Below are positions 38,381 to 47,374 of a stretch of DNA of 64,000 bases, in pieces (the stretch's first letter is position 1; each line of letters begins with the position of its first letter). This DNA is from a virus. The notes below the pieces were generated by a model, which was given only the letters and a program-made list of their open reading frames with translations, searched no databases and was not told the origin of the DNA. The position numbers and the translations under genes are program-made. Location of the stretch: positions 11,761-75,760 of IMG/VR virus record IMGVR_UViG_3300037493_002747. One strand, 5' to 3'.

Positions 38381-38602
38381 ATGGCTGGACCATATTTTAT
38401 ATTTTCCAATTCAAGCTTTCCGGTACAGGGCGGCGTTCCCGTGTTAATAACTCAGGCAGAATTCGAGGCTTGTTGTTGCGGAGCAAGGGGCGTGTCTCCA
38501 AATGTCCGATCTTTACAATTACCACGCATTGAAAAGGGGAAAGCATCTAGGACTCCCCCTGTTGCATGTTGTGGTGGAAAGATTACAGAAGCAGGAGAGT
38601 GA
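38381..38602 (+). CDS. small Cys-containing protein
   Basis: 73 aa with CCCG and CCGG; GGGAG RBS. Confidence 0.55.
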   Translation: MAGPYFIFSNSSFPVQGGVPVLITQAEFEACCCGARGVSPNVRSLQLPRIEKGKASRTPPVACCGGKITEAGE

Positions 38603-38605
38603 GTG

Positions 38606-39070
38606 ATGCCAATCGTACTTTTTGATGCATCGAAGTTGCACCCTGACGATTTAACGGGGATACTTCAATATGAGACGCAGTTGTGTGGAATTGTGAACAA
38701 TTATCCCGTAGGGAGGTCTGCCGTGCCTTATGAACCAATGGACATCTATGCTAATAACGACCGGACTCTTCGTGTATACATAAAGACGCCGGAACTAAAC
38801 ATTGTGAATTTGACTGGTGCGCAAGGACTTCTGTCAGTAAAGACAGACAAGGATGCCACTTCGCCGGTAATAACGAAGTCTACGGACATCGGGTCAGAGG
38901 GAGCCATTGGATCGCCGGATCAAGGTGAGATGTTTTTCTACCTTGTTCCTTTGGATACTGCGTCGTTGTCTATTAGACAGTATGTCTATGATGTTAAGGT
39001 GACTTTGACGACGGGGAAGAAGTATACAGTACTGGAAGGTGTCATTAATTTGCTTGAACCAGTAGGATAA
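38606..39070 (+). CDS. BppU N-terminal-like structural domain protein
   Basis: NLTGA...G...L.P.DT..L....YVYDV.......YTVLEG pattern. Confidence 0.6.
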   Translation: MPIVLFDASKLHPDDLTGILQYETQLCGIVNNYPVGRSAVPYEPMDIYANNDRTLRVYIKTPELNIVNLTGAQGLLSVKTDKDATSPVITKSTDIGSEGAIGSPDQGEMFFYLVPLDTASLSIRQYVYDVKVTLTTGKKYTVLEGVINLLEPVG

Positions 39071-39125
39071 TTCCACAAGACCTGACGCATTGGTATATAA
39101 TGAGGTGGTATTGCTGGAGGTCTAT

Positions 39126-42100
39126 GTGGCTTTTGTAAGTATTGATTTGTCGAATTCTTTGGTTGTGCATGATGCCTACGAGCAAAGGACGGCTATTGCC
39201 GATCTTGGTGGGTATTGGGACGCCCAAAACAAGGCTTGGCGTATCGTATTCACGATTGCCAATTTGGAAGCACTCCTTGACGCTATTCCCGACATTTCAA
39301 CATCGGAAGACTTGGCTGTAAAGGTCAAGGATCAGATGGATAAGGAAGCCAAGCTGGAAAAACTTCGGGTGATGTCAAAGCAGGATACGCAGGTGTGTCT
39401 GCGTATTCCGGGTATGAAGCTTTCACTATACAACTACCAGCGGCTTGGCGTTATGTATGCGGCAACTAATCGTGTAGGACTATTGCTGGCGGATGAAATG
39501 GGACTAGGGAAAGGGACAACCATTGATAGCCAAGTATTTACGACTTTTGGAAAGGTTAGAATCGGATCGTTGAAGGTGGGCGACGAGGTAGTAGGCAAGG
39601 ATGGAAAACCTCATAACGTGATTGGAGTTTACCCCCAGGGAATGCGAGAAGTTTACCGTGTGTGGTTCAACGATGGGTTCTATCTTGACGTGGACAGTTC
39701 TCACTTATGGGAAGTAAGGTCTAACAACCAGCACAGCAAGGTGAGGAAAACGTCTGGGGTCGTCCTTTCGATGGAACAACTTCTGGACAAGGACGGTGTT
39801 GCGGAACGTGTCGGTGAAGGAAGGAATAGCGGTAAGACCTACAAGTTCAAAACCTACTACAAGAAAACGAACGGGAACAACTCATGGGGAATACCGATGG
39901 TTGACCCCATCCAGTTCGTACACCGCACCATAGACATAGACCCGTACCTCCTCGGAGTCTGGCTTGGCGATGGACATATTATGAAAACAGGGTATGTAAA
40001 CCTAGTAATGCTAAAGGCAGACCTTGCTGATATGAATGTTGGAGGCAAGATTGGAAGAGTAGACGCATCACACATGGAAGCTCGTCTTTTCAATACACAT
40101 AAACAGGAGTTGGTCAATCTTGGTTTGAACGGAAAGAGAGCTTGGGAGAAGTTTATACCTGATGACTATAAATACAATTCCGAAGAAGTTAGACTTGCGG
40201 TGATTCAAGGATTGATGGACACAGACGGACACGCATCGGATTGTGCGACCGAGTATTCGACCAGTTCTAAGCAGTTGTGCGACGATGTGGTTGAGATTGT
40301 GCAGACGCTTGGTGGTATCGCAAGGGTCAGGTCCAGGATTCCACGTTACTGGTATAAGGGAGTAAAGAAGACGGGAAGGACGAGTTACAGTGTCAATATC
40401 AAGTTGCCTCCTAGTATTGTTCCGTTCCGTCTACCAAGAAAGGTTGTGGACTATGATAAGTGTGACAAGTATAGTCCCGAGCGATACATTTGTAATATAG
40501 AAAAACTCGCAGAAAAGAAAGAAACGGTTTGCATCTCAGTCGATGCTCCTGACAATCTTTATGTCACGGAACATTGTATCGTTACCCACAACACCCTCCA
40601 GGCCATTGGTACAGCAATGTTCTTAAAGGCTTCGGATGGGGCGAAGAAGGCACTTATTGTTACGCCAGCATCACTCAAGTTTAACTGGCCATTGGAGATC
40701 GAGAAGTTTACAGATGAGAAGTACGTGGTCATTGATGGTACGCCGGATGAGAGAGTTGCGCAATGGCTTCGGGATGATGTGTTTTTCTATGTCGTCAATT
40801 TCGAGCTGTTACTGGAAGATTTGTTTGGAGGCAGGAAGTTCAGGGAGAAGAAGGGTGAGTCCGATGAGGACAGGCAGAGAAGGTTGGACAGGCATGAAAA
40901 GATTTCTACTAAAGCGAAACAGAGGCGGGGGATACTGACGACAGTTAGGAATAGGGTATGGGATGTAATAGCGGTGGATGAATGTTTTCCGTATGGAACG
41001 ATGATCGAAACGGATAAAGGACGGATGAGTATTGGAGATGTCGTATCTCAAAAATTGCCAGTGTCCGTTTTGTCTTGTGATTTTTCAAGGAATGTGTCAT
41101 CGTATCGACGTGTTGTTAGATGGATGGAAAAATCTATGTCTGGACACCTCGTGGAGGTGACGCATGAAAGAGGAAGTTTTGTCTGTACTTGGAATCACAA
41201 AATCTGGACAGATGAATGGGGATATATCAAAGCGGGTGAAGCCACGAAGTATGGTGAAGCGCATTTGCGAGTTTTGCCATCACGAGTTCGATGCACCTCG
41301 CAAGGGGAAGTCAACACCGAGATTTTGTTCGGTGGTTTGTTCCGGAAGATTCAGACAGATGTGTCAGGACACCGTGGCGAAACAAGTGGCAGCAAGAACG
41401 ATGCCAAAGATAGTGTTCAATTGTATGGAATGCGGTCGAGAGTTTGTGGTCAGGACGACAAAAGAGCAGGAGAGGAGATTTTGTTCGAGGAGGTGTGTGG
41501 CGATCTGGAGGTCAAAAACAGAGGATCGGAAAGACAGAATGTTGAAGATGCAGGTGGCCTGCGGGTTAGTAACGAAGGGAAAGCCGAATCTGAGATTCTC
41601 CAAGTTTATGACAGAGAAGAATCAAGACCCGGTATTCCGACAGAAGGTGATGGAGGGGGCAGCAAAGTGGAGGGAGACACATCCATCATTTCTTGTGAGG
41701 GGCGGGAAACCATTCATAACGAAGCCGCAGAGATTGTTGGCGGAAGCTCTTGGAGAAGAATGGGAGATGGAATACAAGGTCTCCGACAAGAGAATGGCAG
41801 ATGTGTTGGTGAGTCCACCTCGGTTCTATCAGATAGACATTGCAAATGTGGGAATGAAGATTGCTGTAGAGGTGGACGGAAGAACCCACAGGATGACGAA
41901 GTGGAAGATAATCGATGCTCGGAAGGAGAAGGCTTTGTCTTATCTCGGTTGGAAAGTATTAAGGTTCTGGAACGAAGAGATTTTGAAAGACTTGGACTTG
42001 GTAGTCCGGAAAATCTCCGAGTCTATAATCTCGAAGTAGAAGCTGATACGGACGACGATCATTGTTATGTTGCTGATGGTGTCCTAGTTTCTAATTGTCA

Positions 42101-43082
42101 AGCACTCAAGCATCATTCGTCCACCCGGACTCAGAATGTGCTGAACTTAAAGGCCAAGTGTCGTATGGCTTTAACAGGGACTCCGATGGATGGAAGGCTT
42201 GAGGAATTGCACAGTTTGATGCAGTTTGTGGCTCCCGGACTTCTCATGTCCAAGACTCGGTTTTTTCAGAGGCATGTTGAGACGGACTTTTGGGGTAGGG
42301 TGACTGGGTACAAGAGAATGGGAGAGGTATCTCAGAAGATTCAACAGTTCTTTCTTCGCAGGTTGAAGAGGGACGTTTTGAAGGACTTACCGGACAAGGT
42401 TTATGAGAATCGGCTAGTGTCCTTGACGGCTGAAGAACACAAAATTTACAAGGCTCTGGCGGAGCAAGGGCATGAGGCGACAGAAGATGTTTTGGCAGTA
42501 GTTTCAGTTATTCGTTGTAAGCAGTTTTGTAATTATCCTCAGATGGTGGATGCGTCGTGTACGACAACGTCAAAGATGGATTCCTTCAGAGAGGTTCTGG
42601 ATGAGGTTGTGGTCCAGAATGGTCATAAAGCATTGGTGTTCAGTCAATACAAAGAAATGCTGAATATCCTTGTCCCTGAATTGGAGAAGATGGGTATAAA
42701 GTACATGAGGATCGACGGAGACACTCCTCCAATAGAGCGGGCTTCGATGCAGAAGAAGTTCAATGAGGATAAAAGTCTTGATGTGATGATTGGAACTGAG
42801 GCTATGTCAACAGGGCTGAATTTCCAGTCAGCGGATTATGTTATCAACTATGATGACAATTGGTCTCCGGCTATTATGGCGCAACGTGAAGATAGGTGTC
42901 ACAGGAATGGGCAGAGGAATGTGGTTACGGTAGTGAACTTCATTTGTAGAGACACGATTGAAGAACGTATCCGTGGAGTCATCTACGCGAAGAACAGGGT
43001 TACGGCACAAGTCCTTGGAGATGAGACTGATGATATGGTCTTGAGAAGACTTGGTCCAAAAGATGTTTGTCAGTTGTTGTGA
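39126..43082 (+). CDS. SNF2-family helicase containing two inteins
   Basis: LLADEMGLGK/T, DE/CQ, LTGTP, LRRLK.DV, QREDRCHR.GQ motifs; GGAGG before GTG 39126. Confidence 0.9.
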   Translation: MAFVSIDLSNSLVVHDAYEQRTAIADLGGYWDAQNKAWRIVFTIANLEALLDAIPDISTSEDLAVKVKDQMDKEAKLEKLRVMSKQDTQVCLRIPGMKLSLYNYQRLGVMYAATNRVGLLLADEMGLGKGTTIDSQVFTTFGKVRIGSLKVGDEVVGKDGKPHNVIGVYPQGMREVYRVWFNDGFYLDVDSSHLWEVRSNNQHSKVRKTSGVVLSMEQLLDKDGVAERVGEGRNSGKTYKFKTYYKKTNGNNSWGIPMVDPIQFVHRTIDIDPYLLGVWLGDGHIMKTGYVNLVMLKADLADMNVGGKIGRVDASHMEARLFNTHKQELVNLGLNGKRAWEKFIPDDYKYNSEEVRLAVIQGLMDTDGHASDCATEYSTSSKQLCDDVVEIVQTLGGIARVRSRIPRYWYKGVKKTGRTSYSVNIKLPPSIVPFRLPRKVVDYDKCDKYSPERYICNIEKLAEKKETVCISVDAPDNLYVTEHCIVTHNTLQAIGTAMFLKASDGAKKALIVTPASLKFNWPLEIEKFTDEKYVVIDGTPDERVAQWLRDDVFFYVVNFELLLEDLFGGRKFREKKGESDEDRQRRLDRHEKISTKAKQRRGILTTVRNRVWDVIAVDECFPYGTMIETDKGRMSIGDVVSQKLPVSVLSCDFSRNVSSYRRVVRWMEKSMSGHLVEVTHERGSFVCTWNHKIWTDEWGYIKAGEATKYGEAHLRVLPSRVRCTSQGEVNTEILFGGLFRKIQTDVSGHRGETSGSKNDAKDSVQLYGMRSRVCGQDDKRAGEEILFEEVCGDLEVKNRGSERQNVEDAGGLRVSNEGKAESEILQVYDREESRPGIPTEGDGGGSKVEGDTSIISCEGRETIHNEAAEIVGGSSWRRMGDGIQGLRQENGRCVGESTSVLSDRHCKCGNEDCCRGGRKNPQDDEVEDNRCSEGEGFVLSRLESIKVLERRDFERLGLGSPENLRVYNLEVEADTDDDHCYVADGVLVSNCQALKHHSSTRTQNVLNLKAKCRMALTGTPMDGRLEELHSLMQFVAPGLLMSKTRFFQRHVETDFWGRVTGYKRMGEVSQKIQQFFLRRLKRDVLKDLPDKVYENRLVSLTAEEHKIYKALAEQGHEATEDVLAVVSVIRCKQFCNYPQMVDASCTTTSKMDSFREVLDEVVVQNGHKALVFSQYKEMLNILVPELEKMGIKYMRIDGDTPPIERASMQKKFNEDKSLDVMIGTEAMSTGLNFQSADYVINYDDNWSPAIMAQREDRCHRNGQRNVVTVVNFICRDTIEERIRGVIYAKNRVTAQVLGDETDDMVLRRLGPKDVCQLL
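39513..40592 (+). mobile_element. intein 1 (360 aa): class 3-type, Gly at position 1, LAGLIDADG endonuclease, inserted in Walker A
   Basis: GLGK|GTT...HLW...VCISVD...VTHN|T; LLGVWLGDG and IQGLMDTDG. Confidence 0.9.
40983..42095 (+). mobile_element. intein 2 (371 aa) inserted in Walker B, ending SN
   Basis: DE|CF..GT...CTWNH...VYNLEV...YVADGVLVSN|C. Confidence 0.9.
41164..42039 (+). CDS. Vsr/DUF559-type (PD-(D/E)xK) endonuclease with two zinc-ribbon repeats, overprinted in the +1 frame of intein 2
   Basis: CEFC..FCSVVC, CMEC..FCSRRC, IDIA....IAVEVDG.TH and D..K...L...GWKVLRFWN motifs; SD GGAGGTGA at 41153-41160. Confidence 0.85.
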   Translation: MKEEVLSVLGITKSGQMNGDISKRVKPRSMVKRICEFCHHEFDAPRKGKSTPRFCSVVCSGRFRQMCQDTVAKQVAARTMPKIVFNCMECGREFVVRTTKEQERRFCSRRCVAIWRSKTEDRKDRMLKMQVACGLVTKGKPNLRFSKFMTEKNQDPVFRQKVMEGAAKWRETHPSFLVRGGKPFITKPQRLLAEALGEEWEMEYKVSDKRMADVLVSPPRFYQIDIANVGMKIAVEVDGRTHRMTKWKIIDARKEKALSYLGWKVLRFWNEEILKDLDLVVRKISESIISK

Positions 43083-43089
43083 GGTATTT

Positions 43090-44790
43090 ATGTCGAGCTT
43101 CCATGACACAGTAGAACTTGAACGTGCCTTTCTTCGTGCGGTTACGAGTGGCATCATTATGGCCCGTACCTACATAAATCAAGGCAGGGAGGAGATGTTC
43201 ACATCCGATCCTCGAAGATTCATATTTGCCATAGCGGTTATGACTTTGAATGAGTCGAACTCTCTTTTATCTAAGCAGATATACGAATATGAGGTGAGTT
43301 CAAGACTGGGTGAAAATGATGCGGCAGACTTCATTGGCGAATGGAACATGATTGATGGGGTGGCGTCATATGATTCACCAGAGGTACTTTTGGCGAAGAT
43401 TCGTGATGCGGAGATTGGCCGTAGGGCATTGAGGTTGTCTGAAAATGTTGTCGATATGCTGACAAAGGGCAATATCAAGGATGCCGTTTCATTTCTAAAG
43501 CGTGAGGCGATGATGATTGGTGGTGGTCCAAAGGATGACCGCCCGGTAATACCATTGTCAGACATTTCCATTCGACTGAAATTGTATCAGGATAGGAAGG
43601 AAAACCCGGAGAAGTACCAAGGATTGAAGATTGGATTCAAGACATTCGATCAGTGGACTGGTGGTTTGTTTCCTGGTGAGTTGACCCTGATTGCTGGCGT
43701 TACTGGATTGGGCAAATCGACTCTTTGTCGTTCGATTGCCAAGGGGATTGTGACGCTCAATGGGGCGAAGAATGTTCTTCATGTCGCTAATGAGGAATAT
43801 CTGGAACAGGTTCAGTATAAATATGATGCCTTGTTTATGGGGATTCCGTATACAGACTTCAAGTATGCTAGACTTACGGACGATGCCTTGGACCGATGGC
43901 AGAAGCAGATGCAGAAGGGAATGCAGGAATCCGGGATGGGGCAGATTTTCACGAAGGAGGTTCCGGCGTTTACGGATGTGTCTTTGGTGGAGCAGCAATA
44001 TCGTATCTTGGAGAATCGTGGGATACCTATTCATGCTATCATTATTGACCATCTTCCCCATGTGAAGCCGATTCAACAGTCGTGGGGAGAGAATGATGAG
44101 CGGTTTAAGGCGGCGGCAGATTGTAAGGAGTTGGCTCGTAGTCTTCGGGTGCCGGTAGTCACTCCTACTCAGGCGGCTACAGAGGTGGAGAAGAAACAGG
44201 CTAAGGGTCAGAGAGCCAGCAAGATGGATGTTTACGGGTCCAAGGGGCAAGTCCATGTAGCGAACACGTTTCTTATCATAACGTACAAGGGGACGGATGA
44301 TACGCAACAGGATATACCCGACTATCTTCGGGATGTCTACTGGTTGTGTGATGCTAAGAAGAATCGTGATGGACCTCCGTTCTATTTCATGGCGAAGCAT
44401 CAGGTAAAGGATGGTCAGGTAACAGAGATCGCTGATCCGAGCAAGAAACCCAGCAAGGAGGCCAAGGATGGGGTAGAAAAGGCTCTGAATGAGGCGGAAG
44501 GTACTGGTAAGCCTCCAGTGGCGAAGACGGCTTCTGTGGTTGATCAGACGCCTGTGGTTCTCAATACTGGTCTTAGGGACGCTCAAATGGACTATGTTGA
44601 GGCTATTGATGGTGGAGGGGACAATGAAGATGTTCCCTCAGTTTCTGGACAAGAGGTCCAGGGTATTGATTCGGTCATATCGGAAGCGGAGCAGGATACT
44701 GTAAAGGAAAGGCCAGAATCTGCGAATTCCGCACCGAAATCACTAATGGATAGAATTCGTGCCTCAAAGATTGCAATCCCCGGTGTATAA
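43090..44790 (+). CDS. DnaB-like replicative helicase
   Basis: GELTLIAG.TGLGKS, IIIDHL, VVTPTQ and KNRDG motifs. Confidence 0.85.
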   Translation: MSSFHDTVELERAFLRAVTSGIIMARTYINQGREEMFTSDPRRFIFAIAVMTLNESNSLLSKQIYEYEVSSRLGENDAADFIGEWNMIDGVASYDSPEVLLAKIRDAEIGRRALRLSENVVDMLTKGNIKDAVSFLKREAMMIGGGPKDDRPVIPLSDISIRLKLYQDRKENPEKYQGLKIGFKTFDQWTGGLFPGELTLIAGVTGLGKSTLCRSIAKGIVTLNGAKNVLHVANEEYLEQVQYKYDALFMGIPYTDFKYARLTDDALDRWQKQMQKGMQESGMGQIFTKEVPAFTDVSLVEQQYRILENRGIPIHAIIIDHLPHVKPIQQSWGENDERFKAAADCKELARSLRVPVVTPTQAATEVEKKQAKGQRASKMDVYGSKGQVHVANTFLIITYKGTDDTQQDIPDYLRDVYWLCDAKKNRDGPPFYFMAKHQVKDGQVTEIADPSKKPSKEAKDGVEKALNEAEGTGKPPVAKTASVVDQTPVVLNTGLRDAQMDYVEAIDGGGDNEDVPSVSGQEVQGIDSVISEAEQDTVKERPESANSAPKSLMDRIRASKIAIPGV

Positions 44791-44842
44791 TGGGGCAAGA
44801 AGTAATGCTATTGGGGCTTACGGAAATAATAAGGAGACTAGA

Positions 44843-45841
44843 ATGACACAGGCAAGTGCAGAGCACGCATTGATACAGCATCAGGAAATCGGGACAGCAT
44901 TTGAGAGCGTTTATTACGTTGAGAGTGCGTTCATCCGGCAGACGGTCCAGAAGAAGGATTTCACAGACTTGATTCTGAGGGACAGGTCAGGATCGCGGAA
45001 TGTCAAGTACTGGGGACGAGTTGACGGGTTAGTAAAGGGGGAATACGTCTTTATTGCAGCCAATGTTGAGGAGTACATGGGTAATCCCAGCATTGTTGCG
45101 AAGAATATCGAGAGGGTGGACGTTCCTGACGACTTATCTGATTTCATTCCCGTCTACGATGATTCTGGTTCTAAGAACAATGCATCGAAGTTCGATGATA
45201 TTCGGGCTGTGTTGTCGGAAATTGAGAAGGGTATTGGGGATACCACGGCTGGCCAGATTGTGGATGAGGTATACAAGAACTCTTCGTTCTTCGCCAGATT
45301 TGTTGTGGCACCTGGAAGTGGTCGTCCGCATTATGGTCGGCAGGGTGGTTTGCTCGCAAACACGGTTCGTGTGGCAATGGCAAGTCTTATCGGGGCTGAG
45401 TCGTATGGGCTGAACGATCAGGAGAAGGCAGTTCTTCTAGCTTCGGCTCTGTTGGCCAGAATTGGAGCCATTGAGTCGTTCGAGTTTAAGGATTGTATGC
45501 CCATTGTCACTAAGAAGGGCATACTGTTGGGGATCAACAACTTGACGATGAATCGGATAACGTCAGCATTGAAGAGGGCTGTTGCGACACTTAATAGTGA
45601 AAACAAGACGGTCAACAATGATACGATCATTCGTATTTTGCATGCCGTAGCATCGCATGATGGAATTTCTGTGAAGCCTATGACGAAAGAAGCGATGGTT
45701 CTTCATGCGGCATTTAAGACAGACTCCGAGATTGTGGATGCGATGGACTTCATTGAATCCGACAAGAATAAGACAGAAGAGTTCACGGCATGGGACTCGT
45801 CAATGGGTCGTAAGTATTACATAGGCGGCGTTCCGGCTTAG
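44843..45841 (+). CDS. YhaM/Cbf1-like OB-fold + degenerate HD-domain protein
   Basis: L.L.DRSG..W OB fold; GGLL.NT, ALLARIG and SHDG where YhaM has its His/Asp ligands. Confidence 0.7.
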   Translation: MTQASAEHALIQHQEIGTAFESVYYVESAFIRQTVQKKDFTDLILRDRSGSRNVKYWGRVDGLVKGEYVFIAANVEEYMGNPSIVAKNIERVDVPDDLSDFIPVYDDSGSKNNASKFDDIRAVLSEIEKGIGDTTAGQIVDEVYKNSSFFARFVVAPGSGRPHYGRQGGLLANTVRVAMASLIGAESYGLNDQEKAVLLASALLARIGAIESFEFKDCMPIVTKKGILLGINNLTMNRITSALKRAVATLNSENKTVNNDTIIRILHAVASHDGISVKPMTKEAMVLHAAFKTDSEIVDAMDFIESDKNKTEEFTAWDSSMGRKYYIGGVPA

Positions 45842-45862
45842 TCGCCAAAGTGGAGACAAACA

Positions 45863-46150
45863 ATGGGTGATCTTTCCAAAGACTCTGCGGAAATGTTCGG
45901 AGGGTTTGATCCTGAAGAGCATGCCCTTATGACGATGGACGGATATGATGACTGCATTGTGGGTGTGGTTGAACAGTTCGGTAGACCACCCATTGTTTGT
46001 TACTCCAAGCCTATGGTGATTGCCAAACTGATGAAAGATGGTATGTCGGAAGAAGAGGCAGAAGAATTCTGGTCTTTCAATCAAATCGGGGCATATTGGG
46101 GTGAAAACACTCCATGCTTCTTGTCTCCGAATCCACTGGCAAGAACCTGA
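45863..46150 (+). CDS. conserved phage hypothetical protein
   Basis: DGYDDCIVG..CYS...EAEEF..FN..GAY.GE.TP pattern. Confidence 0.75.
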   Translation: MGDLSKDSAEMFGGFDPEEHALMTMDGYDDCIVGVVEQFGRPPIVCYSKPMVIAKLMKDGMSEEEAEEFWSFNQIGAYWGENTPCFLSPNPLART

Positions 46151-46190
46151 TTCCTTTGAATGATTTGGTTCATGGTAGATATGGGACCTC

Positions 46191-47276
46191 ATGGAAGCTG
46201 GAATCAGAGAGCGTAATAGGTACAAAGACATATCTTGGTTGATGCCTAGCATTGATTTAGACAAGGTCTTTGAACAGCTTGGTATTCTGGTGGATCATAA
46301 GTCTGGCGACCAGATCAGGGCATTCTGCCCGGATCATCATTTGTTTACTGGAAGGAAGTCGTCAGACGCAAATTGGACAATCAACACGGAAACTGGCGAG
46401 ACGTTCTGTTTCACAGAGGCAAGAGGCAGCAACCTTGTTTTCACGATATGTCGTTTGCTCAAGAAGGAGCCGGATGATGCTGCAAAGTATTTGACAGGAA
46501 ATTTGACGGGACCAGAATTTGAAGAATTGAAGATTTCGGCTGTCAAGATCAAGGCGTCAAAAATATGGAAGACGAAAGAGGAAGAGGATAGGAAGCAACC
46601 ACCTATAAGGGGGTTGGATGCTATTGCCAAGGATGCTTTGGCTCCTAAGATGTCAGAACGTGCGTATCAGTTCTTCATTCATCCTCCGGGCAAGAAGTAT
46701 CCTACGAATATCAGTCGTGAAACGGTAGATCGGTATCATGTGTTTGAAAGGACATGGGGATTTTATGCTAATCGTGTTGTCATTCCGTACTTTATGCGGA
46801 ATGAGATTGTCGGATTTTGTGCCATAGACTTGCTGGGTAAAGAGGCGTGGGTTCAGGCACATCCAACACAGGACGATAAACAGTATCGTAAGGTTCGGTA
46901 TCCAGAGAATTTCCAATCTACAGAGTGTTTGTTTGGTTTTGATGATTGTCCAAAGGGGGCGGAGTACATCATTGTCACGGAGGGTGCTCGTGAGGTGATG
47001 AAGCTAAATCAGGAAGGATTCCCGGCAGTAGCGATTTTGGGGGCGTATATCAGTCAGACTCATAGGACTTTGTTGTCGGAATTACATCCTAAGAGGATCA
47101 TTTTGATGTTTGATGGAGATGATGCGGGTGTGGCGATTACGACTCGTGCGGCGAATGCTTTGACTGGTGGTGGGGTGTACTCAAAGGCGACGGTTCAGAA
47201 GTGTTTTGTACCGAGAGGGAGAGACCCGAAAACTTTGGACAGGGAGGCTCTCAAACTTCTCGTTGAAAAACCTTAA
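46191..47276 (+). CDS. DNA primase (Zn-binding + TOPRIM)
   Basis: CPDH..., RVVIP, IIVTEG, MFDGDDAG and DP motifs. Confidence 0.85.
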   Translation: MEAGIRERNRYKDISWLMPSIDLDKVFEQLGILVDHKSGDQIRAFCPDHHLFTGRKSSDANWTINTETGETFCFTEARGSNLVFTICRLLKKEPDDAAKYLTGNLTGPEFEELKISAVKIKASKIWKTKEEEDRKQPPIRGLDAIAKDALAPKMSERAYQFFIHPPGKKYPTNISRETVDRYHVFERTWGFYANRVVIPYFMRNEIVGFCAIDLLGKEAWVQAHPTQDDKQYRKVRYPENFQSTECLFGFDDCPKGAEYIIVTEGAREVMKLNQEGFPAVAILGAYISQTHRTLLSELHPKRIILMFDGDDAGVAITTRAANALTGGGVYSKATVQKCFVPRGRDPKTLDREALKLLVEKP

Positions 47277-47374
47277 AATATGTATTGACGATGTTCGTTG
47301 CGAATGATAGTGTACACTTTGTTTTAGGCCATATTGGCCATATATGTCGATTTTCGACGAAAACAAGGAGGCGT

